Shown here piece after piece: positions 24,330 through 34,118 of a DNA stretch of 64,000 nt. Origin of the DNA: Rebecca billardiae RCC1528 (lineage: Eukaryota; Protista; Haptophyta). Location: NCBI GenBank assembly GCA_965240325.2, contig OZ251240.1, positions 434,001 to 498,000 on the forward strand, in the 5' to 3' direction. The notes below the pieces were generated by a model. It saw nothing but the letters and a program-made list of their open reading frames with translations. It was not told where the DNA came from and did not search any database. The position numbers and the translations under genes were made by a program. Position 1 is the stretch's first letter. Every line of letters begins with the position of its first letter.

Positions 24330-26470
24330 CTGGACGACGGACGCGCCGAGCACGGTGACGCTGTTCGATGCGCCCACGGCACTGCCCAGCGCGCTGGAGG
24401 CGTCGCCATCTGGTGCTGCTGTGCCTGCGCCCAGCTTGGGCAGCAGCAGCTGCGCTCAACTCCCCGCCGCGGGCAGCGGCAGGGATGGTGCCACGGCGGG
24501 CGGCGGCGGTCGACGTAGCTGTCAGCTCGGCGGTGCACGCCCGAGGGGCGTGGGCGCTGGACGCACCGAGCGCGGTGACGCTGCTCGCCTCGACCATCGC
24601 GCTGGAGCCGCTGCCATCCGGTGCTGCTGCGCCCGCGCCCAGCCGGGGCATCAGCAGCTGCGCTCAACTCCGCGCCGTGTGCGGCAGCAGCAGCAGGGAT
24701 GGTGCCACGGCGGGCGGCGGCGGTCCACGGAGCTGTCAGCTCGGCGGTGCACGCCCGAGGGGCGTGGGCGGTGGGCGCATCGAGCGCCGTGACGCTGCTC
24801 GCCTCGCCCATCGCGCTGGAGCCGCTGCCATCCGGTGCTGCTGCGCCCGCGCGGGCAGCAGCAGCAGCGCTCGACTCCGCGCCGCGTGCGGCGGCAGCAG
24901 CAGGGATGGTGCCACGGCGGGCGGCGGCGGTCGACGGAGCTGTCAGCTCGGCGGTGCACGCCCGAGGGGCGTGGGCGGTGGGCGTACCGAGCGCCGTGGC
25001 GCTGCTCGCCTCGCCCATGGCGCTGGAGCCGCTGCCATCCGACGCTGCTGCGCCCGCGCCCAGCCGTGGCAGCAGCAGCAGCGCTCGACTCCGCGCCGCG
25101 TGCGGCGGCAGCAGCAGGGATGGTGCCACGGCGGGCGGCGGCGGTCGACGTAGCTGGAAGCTCGGCGGTGCACGCCCAAGGGGCGTGGGCGCTGGACGCA
25201 CCGAGCGCCGTGACGCTGCTCGCCTCGCCCATCGCGCTGGAGCCGCTGCCATCCGGTGCTGCTGCGCCCGCGCCCAGCCGTGGCAGCAGCAGCAGCGCTC
25301 GACTCCGCGCCGCGTGCGGCGGCAGCAGCAGGGATGGTGCCACGGCGGGCGGCGGCGGTCGACGCAGCTGTCAGCTCGGCGGTTCACGCCCGAGGGGCAT
25401 AGGCGCTGGACGCACCGAGCGCCGTGACGCTGCTCGCCTCGCCCATCGCGCTGGAGCCGCTGCCATCCGGTGCTGCTGCGCCCGCGCCCAGCTTGGGCAG
25501 CAGCAGCAGCGCTCGACTCCGCGCCGCGTGCGGCGGCAGCAGCAGGGATGGTGCCACGGCGGGCGGCGGCGGTCGTCGTAGCTGGAAGCTCGGCGGTTCA
25601 CGCCCGAGGGGCGTGGGCGCTGGACGCACCGAGCGCCGTGACGCTGCTCGCCTCGCCCATCGCGCTGGAGCCGCTACCATCCGGTGCTGCTGCGCCCGCG
25701 CCCAGCCGTGGCAGCAGCAGCAGCGCTCGACTCCGCGCCGCGTGCGGCGGCAGCAGCAGGGATGGTGCCACGGCGGGCGGCGGCGGTCGTCGTAGCTGGA
25801 AGCTCGGCGGTGCACGCCCGAGGGGCGTGGGCGCTGGACGCACCGAGCGCCGTGACGCTGCTCGCCTCGCCCATCGCGCTGGAGCCGCTACCATCCGGTG
25901 CTGCTGCGCCCGCGCCCAGCCGTGGCAGCAGCAGCAGCGCTCGACTCCGCGCCGCGTGCGGCAGCAGCAGCAGGGATGGTGCCACGGCGGGCGGCGGCGG
26001 TCGACGGAGCTGGAAGCTCGGCGGTGCACGCCCGAGGGGCGTGGGCGGTGGGCGCACCGAGCGCGGTGCCGCTGCTCGCCTCGCCCATGGCGCTCGAGCC
26101 GCTGCCATCCGACGCTGCTGCGCCCGCGCCCAGCTTGGGCAGCAGCGGCTGCGCTCGACTCCGCGCCGCGTGCGGCGGCAGCAGCAGGGATCGTGCTACG
26201 GTGGGCGACGGTGGTCTCTAGAGCTGAAAGCTCGGCGGTGTGCGCCTGAGGGCCCTGGGCGGCGGGCGCATTGAGCGCGCTGACGCCTCTCGCCTCGCCT
26301 GGCGCGCTGGAGACGCTCCCATCCGATGCTGCTGCGCCTGCGCCCTGGCGCGCTGCGTGCGGCTGCAGCATCAGGGATGGCGCCACGGCGGGCGGGCGGC
26401 GGTGGATGCAGCTATCAGCTCGGTGCTGCACGCGCGAGGGGCCTGGGCGGAAGGCGCGCGCAATGCAGTG
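24330..26470 (-). repeat. Tandem array of a 214-bp GC-rich unit (~10 copies), left arm
   Basis: Recurring cagggatggtgccacggcgggcggcggcggtc, inverted relative to the array at 27.3-29.9 kb. Confidence 0.9.
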
Positions 26471-27299
26471 ACGCTGATACACGCAAGCCCGGCGGCGCAG
26501 ACCCGAGTCGTAGCCCGGCAGGTAGGCGGCACAGTAGTAGCGTAGTTTTCGTCAGCATCGATGAGTCAATCGATCAGCATCGATCACGCGCATCATCACT
26601 GGCTACGACATCAGCGCATCCCGGCCTACACGGGACGGAGGCGGAGTGGCGTATATATATATATATCGCGTCGATCAGACTGACGCAGTCCGCGCGCAAC
26701 TGAGCATCAGCAGGCAGTCCGACCGGGCCGTCTCCCGATCCGCGGCCACCGTTCGTCCGACGAAGTCACATCACCACATGACCACACCGTCACAGCGCAG
26801 ATATATATATATCCGGAGCATACATATACGCAGTCGTGATGCCTGATGGCGCCACGGTTGTGCTGGCGGCTCACAGTCACACTCGATCAGTCGTCGCGTC
26901 CGGGTATAATAATAAGTGCGATGAAGCAGTACTTAGTATGAGTATAGTCTGCTGCGCTGATGGCTTAGCAGTCGTCGATCTGCTTATTACGACTACTGCT
27001 GTTCTTAGTCTTACGGGACTATACGGCTCAATAAACTCAATGATGTAGCAGCGCGCAGTAGTCGACATCACTCATCAGAGTAATAAGCTCAGTGACTAAG
27101 CTGACGACGATGATGAGGCGACTACGTGACGCGCGCGGTACTAGATCCGCGCCGACCGTCAGCTTATAGGCGTCATATTCATCCGGGCACCGTGCTACAC
27201 TCCGGCGCGACACGGTCAGCTGGTCAGCAGCTAGTAGAGTCGTAGTTTATAACGACCGGTCGTCGGCGTGCCAAGCAGTACTCAGCACCGCCCGACCAC

Positions 27300-29950
27300 C
27301 GCCGCCGGCCTGGCTGTGGCACCTCCCTGCTGCTACCACCGCATGCGGCGCGAAGCCTCCTGAGCGCAGCTGCTGCCAGCTGCAGCCGTGCAGCGGCGCC
27401 GTGGCGCGGGCGCAGCGGCATCGAATGGCAGAGGCTCGAGCGCGCTACGGAACGAGGCGAGCGGCGACACCACGCTCGGTGCGTCCAGCGCCCACGCCTC
27501 TCGGGTGGGCACTGCCAAGCTTTCAGCTGCTGCGGCCGCCCGCCGTGGCACCATCCCTGCTGCTGCCGCCGCACGCGGCGCGGAGTCGAGCGCTGCCGCT
27601 GCTGCCCAAGCTGGGCGCCGGCGCAGCAGCGTCGGATGGCAGCGGCTCCAGTGCCATGGGCGAGGCGAGCAGCGGCACCGCGTTCGGTGCGCCCACCGCC
27701 CACGCCCCTCGGGCGTGCACCGTCGAGCTGACAGCTGCGTCGACAGCCGCCGCCCGCCATGGCACCATCCCTGCTGCTGCTGCCGCACGCGGCGCGGAGT
27801 CGAGCGCTGCTACTGCTGCCACGGCTGGGCGCGGGCGCAGCAGCACCGGATGGCAGCGGCTCCAGCGCCATGGGCGAGGCGAGCAGCGTCACCGCGTTCG
27901 GTGCCTCCAGCGCCCACGCCCCTCGGGCGTGCACCGCCGAGCTGACAGCTGCGTCGACAGCCGCCGCCCGCCATGGCACCATCCCTGCTGCTGCCGCCGC
28001 ACGCGGCGCGGAGTCGAGCGCTGCCGCTGCTGCCCAAGCTGGGCGCCGGCACAGCAGCGTCGGATGGCAGCGGCTCCAGTGCCATGGGCGAGGCGAGCAG
28101 CGTCACCGCGTTCGGTGCCTCCAGCGCCCACGCCCCTCGGGCGTGCACCGCCGAGCTGACAGCTCCGTCGACCGCCGCCGCCCGCCGTGGCACCATCCCT
28201 GCTGCTGCCGCCGCACGCGGCGCGGGGTCGAGCGCTGCTGCTGCTGCCACGGCTGGGCGCGGGCGCAGTAGCACCGGATGGCAGCGGCTCCAGCGCGATG
28301 GTCGAGGCGAGCAGCGTCACCGCGTTCGGTGCCTCCAGCGCCCACGCCCCTCGGGCGTGCACCGCCGAGCTGACAGCTCCGTCGACCGCCGCCGCCCGCC
28401 ATGGCACCATCCCTGCTGCTGCTGCCGCACGCGGCGCGGAGTTGAGCGCTGCCGCTGCTGCCCTGGCTGGGCGCGGGCGCAGCAGCGTCGGATGGCAGCG
28501 GCTCCAGCGCCATGGGCGAGGCGAGCAGCGTCACGGCGCTCGGTGCGCCCACCGCCCACGCCCCTCGGGCGTGCACCGCCGAGCTTCCAGCTACGACGAC
28601 CGCCGCCGCCCGCCGTGGCACCATCCCTGCTGCTGCCGCCGCACGCGGCGCGGAGTCGAGCGCTGCTGCTGCTGCCACGGCTGGGCGCGGGCGCAGCAGC
28701 ACCGGATGGCAGCGGCTCCAGCGCCATGGGCGAGGCGAGCAGCGTCACGGCGCTCGGTGCGCCCACCGCCCACGCCCCTCGGGCGTGCACCGCCGAGCTT
28801 CCAGCTCCGTCGACCGCCGCCGCCCGCCGTGGCACCATCCCTGCTGCTGCCGCCGCACGCGGCGCGGAGTCGAGCGCTGCTGCTGCTGCCACGGCTGGGC
28901 GCGGGCGCAGCAGCGTCGGATGGCAGCGGCTCCAGCGCCATGGGCGAGGCGAGCAGCGTCACGGCGCTCGGTGCGCCCAGCGCCCACGCCCCTCGGGCGT
29001 GCACCGCCGAGCTTCCAGCTGCGTCGACCGCCGCCGCCCGCCGTGGCACCATCCCTGCTGCTGCCGCCGCACGCGGCGCGGAGTTGAGCGCTGCCGCTGC
29101 TGCCCTGGCCGGGCGCGGGCGCAGCAGCGTCGGATGGCAGCGGCTCCAGCGCGATGGGCGAGGCGAGCAGCGTCACGGCGCTCGGTGCGCCCAGCGCCCA
29201 AGCCTCTCGGGCGTGCACCGCCGAGCTTCCAGCTCCGTCGACCGCCGCCGCCCGCCGTGGCACCATCCCTGCTGCTGCTGCCGCACGCGGCGCGGAGTCG
29301 AGCGCTGCTGCTGCTGCCACGGCTGGGCGCGGGCGCAGCAGCACCGGATGGCAGCGGCTCCAGCGCGATGGGCGAGGCGAGCAGCGTCACGGCGCTCGGT
29401 GCGCCCAGCGCCCACGCCTCTCGGGCGTGCACCGCCGAGCTTCCAGCTGCGTTGACCGCCGCCGCCCGCCGTGGCACCATCCCTGCTTGTGCCGCCAATG
29501 CGGCGCGGAGTCGAGCGCTGCTGCAGCTGGGCCCCAGCTGGGCGCAGGCACAGCAGCACCAGATGGGAGCGGCTCCAGCGCGCTGGGCAGTGCCGTGGTC
29601 GCGTGGAGTGACGTCAACGCGCTCGACGCGTCCGTCGCCGTGGCCCCTCGAGCGAGCGACACCGAGCTGTCATCTGCGGCGAACGCCGTCATCCGCAGCG
29701 GGACCATCCCAGCAGCTGCTGCCGCATGCGGTGCAGATTCGCCGAGCGTGGCTGCTGCTGGTGTTGGCCCGGATGGGCGCGGGCGCAGCATCATCAGTTG
29801 CCAGCGACCCCATCGCGGTGGACGCGATGGGCTAGGTCGCTACTTTCGGCGCGCCATTGCCCAGGCCGTTCAAGCGAGCACCACCGAGCTGATAGCTGGA
29901 GCGACTGCCGCCGCCCGTCGTGGTACTGTACTGCTGCTTGCTGCTGCAGC
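27300..29950 (+). repeat. Tandem array of the 214-bp unit (~12 copies), right arm
   Basis: The 214-bp period is visible from equivalent ORF starts at 27759, 27973 and 28187. Edge copies are degenerate. Confidence 0.9.
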
Positions 29951-30781
29951 ATCAACAGCGCCGCTACTACTATTACCAGCAGCGCTGGGCGCGTGTATCC
30001 GAAGCAGCACCGTACTGTATTGATGGCCCTGCCGTCTGAGTAGGGGAACATGCCAGTAGCTCGCATGCACCAGGATTGCAGTCCATGCCAGTACTGCCTC
30101 GCCGAGTAGAGTAGTAGGACCTCATCTGCTCACACAGCTGTGGCGCTGCCGTCTCCTTGCTGTCACGCGCAGAGCAAGTCGAGAAGTGTCTGGCGACCAC
30201 CGATGCCAGTGCTGCGCCGACAGGTAGATGTCCACCACCCGGCCGCGCCCGTAGCATGGGCGATGGTGAGATGAGTGCAGCACAGCGCACAGCTACGAGC
30301 AAGGGTGACGTGCGACGGTGTGGAGGCACGCGTGCTGGCGGCATGCTCCGAGCCCCGTGCTGCGTGCCCCCGGCTGCTTCTCGCCCTTGGTCGTCTCCTC
30401 GTCGATGCCCTCCTCCCCCGTACGCGTGAGCTCTGCGACGCCATCGGGCCAGCCCACCAGCGAACCGTGGGCGTGGCGCCCCGGCTGACGGCTGGCTGCC
30501 ATCGCAAGCCACACACGCCTGCACTCGACAACTGGGCCGCCTGAGCCCTGTTGCCGCGTGCACGGCCACATTGTCAAGATCACTACGTACTGTTGAACCA
30601 AGTGTGCACGTTAAATCTTACTACGTACTGTATCATAGTAAACTGTAGATCAGTACAGTACTTCCTTGCCATGGAACTTGAGCTCGGTGGGCGCCCACGC
30701 CCCACGCGGCGAGGGCGACGACGGGCGTACACGGGGCCTGCGGCGGCGGGAAGCGCGCGGACGCGGCCGAGAACATCACGG

Positions 30782-31252
30782 TCCGGACGCCTCTCGCCAG
30801 CCGCGGACACGCACCGCGCCTCCTCCTTGCAGTTGCACGCTGCTACTTCATCTCGGCCGCCACACGGTGGTTTTGCTGCCGACCGGCTCAAGTTCCACGG
30901 CTGGTCACGATTGGGCGTGCGACCTCGCCACTGGTGCTTCCGGACGCCTCTCGCCAGCCGCGGACACGCACCGCGCCTCCTCCTTGCAGTTGCACGCTGC
31001 TACTTCATCTCGGCCGCCACACGGTGGTTTTGCTGCCGACCGGCTCAAGTTCCACGGCTGGTCACGATTGGGCGTGCGACCTCGCCACTGGTGCTTCCGG
31101 ACGCCTCTCGCCAGCCGCGGACACGCACCGCGCCTCCTCCTTGCAGTTGCACGCTGCTACTTCATCTCGGCCGCCACACGGTGGTTTTGCTGCCGACCGG
31201 CTCAAGTTCCACGGCTGGTCACGATTGGGCGTGCGACCTCGCCACTGGTGCT
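30782..31252. repeat. 3 x 157-bp tandem repeat in the right TIR only
   Basis: tccggacgcctctcgccagccg starts at 30782, 30939 and 31096; the left arm has one copy. Confidence 0.9.
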
Positions 31253-32290
31253 TGCAAGAAGGTACACGAGTTGGTTGAACTCCCGCGCACCCGCTCTGCG
31301 CTCGTCGACGCCTTCTGACGGTGACTCGGGGTGCATGCGGGGCAGTGGAATGCAGTGGGTCCGGGCATTGACTCCCAGTCGTCCAGAGCGCAGGCCACGT
31401 AGCGCGGATGTGGTGCGCACATGGCCCGGTAATGCGGTCGCGCCATGTCTGACTGGTCTGCCCAAGGCCTGCGGCACCGCGAAACGAGCGCTCGGGAGCG
31501 CGTGACGAGCGTGCCAGCCACGTCGAGGTGGGCCACTTCGCTGGGAAATGTGCCGAGGCTCAAGTTCCACCGAACGCTCCGTACACCAAAGCCCAAGCCC
31601 ACCGAGGGCGTTGGTTGGTTGGTCCAACTATCAGCAGACCATCCGATTCCATCCAACCGCAACAGCACTCGCCGCCGCCGGTGATGGGCGGTTGCCGGGG
31701 CGCGCGCCGTCAACGGGCGTCCGAGGCGCTGCGCATGCGTGCATGCCGGTAGCAGGTGCGGAGACGGCGACGACGAGCGAAGCGCGCGAGGTGGAGAGGG
31801 GCGCAGTAGCTTCCAACAGCAGCGCCACCGGGCGCGCCGCCGTCGCGCGCACCGCAGCGCCCGCAGCGCCTTTACGCCGTCGGTGCGCCCCAAGGCACCC
31901 CCTTCAGCCATCACCGGTGTCCACCAACGATCACTCAACAGACCAGGGCTCTGTCGAGAGGCCGCCAAGGTCCGACCGACTCAACAGAGCATTCTTCTGT
32001 CGAGTCCAGCTGGCCTCCAAGCTCAACTCAACAGAGCCTGGGCCCTGTTGTCGAGCCCACCCCCCCCCCTCGCCGATCGGCCAACTCAACAGAACATCCT
32101 TCTGTTGAGTTGGCCGAAAAGCGCCAAACCGGGTTGGGTCTGAGTAGTTCGGCAGCCTGATAAATAATATGACGCTTACAAACTTGGTTGATGAAATTAA
32201 TTTGTACATCATAGACCACCAAGCGGCAAGGCGGCAAGCTGTCTCCGGCTGGTGAGCGACCGCCCGTGCTGGCAGCAGGACCGATCACCG

Positions 32291-33841
32291 ATGCCGAAGA
32301 ACGTCTCCAGCGTCGCGCTCGTCGCGTTCGCGCTCCTCTCCGCCGCCGCGGTGCACGCTGCCAAGTCTGCGGCGGCCCCGTCGCCTCCGCTCTGCCCCGT
32401 CGCATCACCTCAGCCCCGTCGGCTCGGTGTGCGTGGCTGGTTCTCTGGGCCGCCGCCACCCGAGCCGCCACCGGCCGACCTTGCGCCGGCGCTCCTGATC
32501 CTCCCCGGCGTGCGCTCGATCGTCTCACTGATCGGCATCGCCACGATTATCGCAGCGGTGTGGTATACTGACCGCGCGTGGGACGAGCGCGGGAGCGCGG
32601 CATACAAACGCGCCAAGCCCGACGGCGTCAACGAGCGTGACGTTGTGATCCCGCGTGAGGAGCTCGACGCCGCCTTCCCCTACCCGTGGGCCTTCATCCT
32701 GGGCTGGGTCATATTCGGCGTTGCGTGCCTCTTCCCTCCCGGCGACGCCGTCGCGCCCGCTGCCGGGGCGTCCAACCTGGCAGCGCTCGCCTTCTCGCTC
32801 GCGCTCGGCTGGATCGCGTCAGTGCCCATGGGCGAGGCAGTGCGCACCCGCAACCACTCCTTCAAGCTGCACCTCGGCATGGCGTTTGTGCTCTGCTGGA
32901 TCGGCCTGTCCGTCTCGCTCGGGCTCGACGCGCAGCTCGCGCTGCGCAACCGCGGGCTCGCGCTTGGCCTGTGCCTCGTGGGCGCGTTCATGATCATCGC
33001 TTCGATGAAGATCCTGTGGAAGTTCCGCAAGATGGGTGACAGCTGGGAGCAGGAGGGTCGGCCCAATCCCAACCCGATGGTGTACAACATGGGCGGGCCG
33101 CTCTTCGTCTTCGGCTGGTTCCTCGTCTGGGTTGGTATGTGCGCCGCCGACGCGTGCGGCGACATGCTCTCGCGTGTCGACTGCTCGCAGGGCGGCTGCG
33201 GGCTTCCCGTCTACTTCAACCTGCGCTCGGCACTCGCCTTCTACGCGGGCGTGGGCATGGTCCCAGTCGTGATGATGCTCGACTACGCGCACGACGAGGG
33301 CGCCGAGTTCACCGGCTTCGGCACCGACGGCCGCTTCTTCGGGCGCTTCCTCGAGTCGCCTATTCCCTTCCTGATGATGTGGACGTTCCTCGGCCTCACC
33401 GGCTTCATTGCGGGCGACAACACCTTTGACGTGAGCCCGGGCCCGCGCGCGTACGTCATCCTGGTCAACTGCATTGCGCAGGGCGTTGACGCTGGCGTAC
33501 TCATCCAGACGGCCCTGTACGAGCACGACATGTCGCGCAAGAACAAGTGGAGCGTCCCCTTCCTGCTCATGTTTATCCACCTCGGCGTCACGCTTGGCTT
33601 GCGCGTCGACTACTCCGGGCTGAACTACGGCGGGCTGGCCCTCGCCCTCTCCCTCCCCGGCGCGATGCTCGTCGTCGCTGGGCAGATTACCATCTTTGGC
33701 GACCGCAAGCGCGGCGACTACTGGATGCAGCACAACGGCCAGGAGGTGAACCCCAACCCAGTCGTCTACTCACCCGGTGAGATCCTCTTCACGACTGGCT
33801 GGGTGCTCCTCAGCCTCGCCTTCTCCCTCTTCGAGCACTGA
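32291..33841 (+). CDS. Multi-pass membrane protein of unknown function with two-fold internal repeat
   Basis: Signal peptide MPKNVSSVALVAFALLSAAAVHA, more than 10 hydrophobic segments and strong codon bias. Repeated motif GDSWEQEGRPNPNPMVYNMGGPLFVFGW / GDYWMQHNGQEVNPNPVVYSPGEILFTTGW. Confidence 0.85.
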   Translation: MPKNVSSVALVAFALLSAAAVHAAKSAAAPSPPLCPVASPQPRRLGVRGWFSGPPPPEPPPADLAPALLILPGVRSIVSLIGIATIIAAVWYTDRAWDERGSAAYKRAKPDGVNERDVVIPREELDAAFPYPWAFILGWVIFGVACLFPPGDAVAPAAGASNLAALAFSLALGWIASVPMGEAVRTRNHSFKLHLGMAFVLCWIGLSVSLGLDAQLALRNRGLALGLCLVGAFMIIASMKILWKFRKMGDSWEQEGRPNPNPMVYNMGGPLFVFGWFLVWVGMCAADACGDMLSRVDCSQGGCGLPVYFNLRSALAFYAGVGMVPVVMMLDYAHDEGAEFTGFGTDGRFFGRFLESPIPFLMMWTFLGLTGFIAGDNTFDVSPGPRAYVILVNCIAQGVDAGVLIQTALYEHDMSRKNKWSVPFLLMFIHLGVTLGLRVDYSGLNYGGLALALSLPGAMLVVAGQITIFGDRKRGDYWMQHNGQEVNPNPVVYSPGEILFTTGWVLLSLAFSLFEH

Positions 33842-34118
33842 GGACGTGGACGTGCGGGCTGGATTCATCCTGGCGACCTGCATCCCAGCGATGCTGGCGC
33901 GATCTCACTGTGGAAGAGTGAATGCATTCGGAGACTATCGACGACGACGCGATCCACCCGTGGCGCGGAGCAGAGAGCGCAAGCTGATCACGTCGCGGGG
34001 CAGGTACTACGCGGTCGGTAGCCAGTGAGGAGTGACGGCGCGACCCGTCGCCTGCGACGCCGTGAGCGCGGCCATCATGCCGGCGGACCTGCTGCCGAGT
34101 GCTGGAGTGCTGCGATGC

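Larger units (their letters stand above)
22355..32136. mobile_element. 9.8-kb foldback DNA transposon with very long TIRs (Galileo/P-superfamily-like), non-autonomous
   Basis: Termini caatacggtttggcgc / gcgccaaaccgggttg. 7-bp TSD ggtctga at 22348-22354 and 32137-32143. Empty site at 18369-18375. Arms 22355-24048 and 30123-32136 are near-identical inverted repeats. Confidence 0.85.

Noticed and set aside
24330-29950. 214-bp arrays as a CRISPR array or as repeat-protein genes
   Set aside because: No unique spacers and no cas genes. The unit length is not a multiple of 3, and the ORFs cycle through all frames simply because the GC-rich unit lacks stops.
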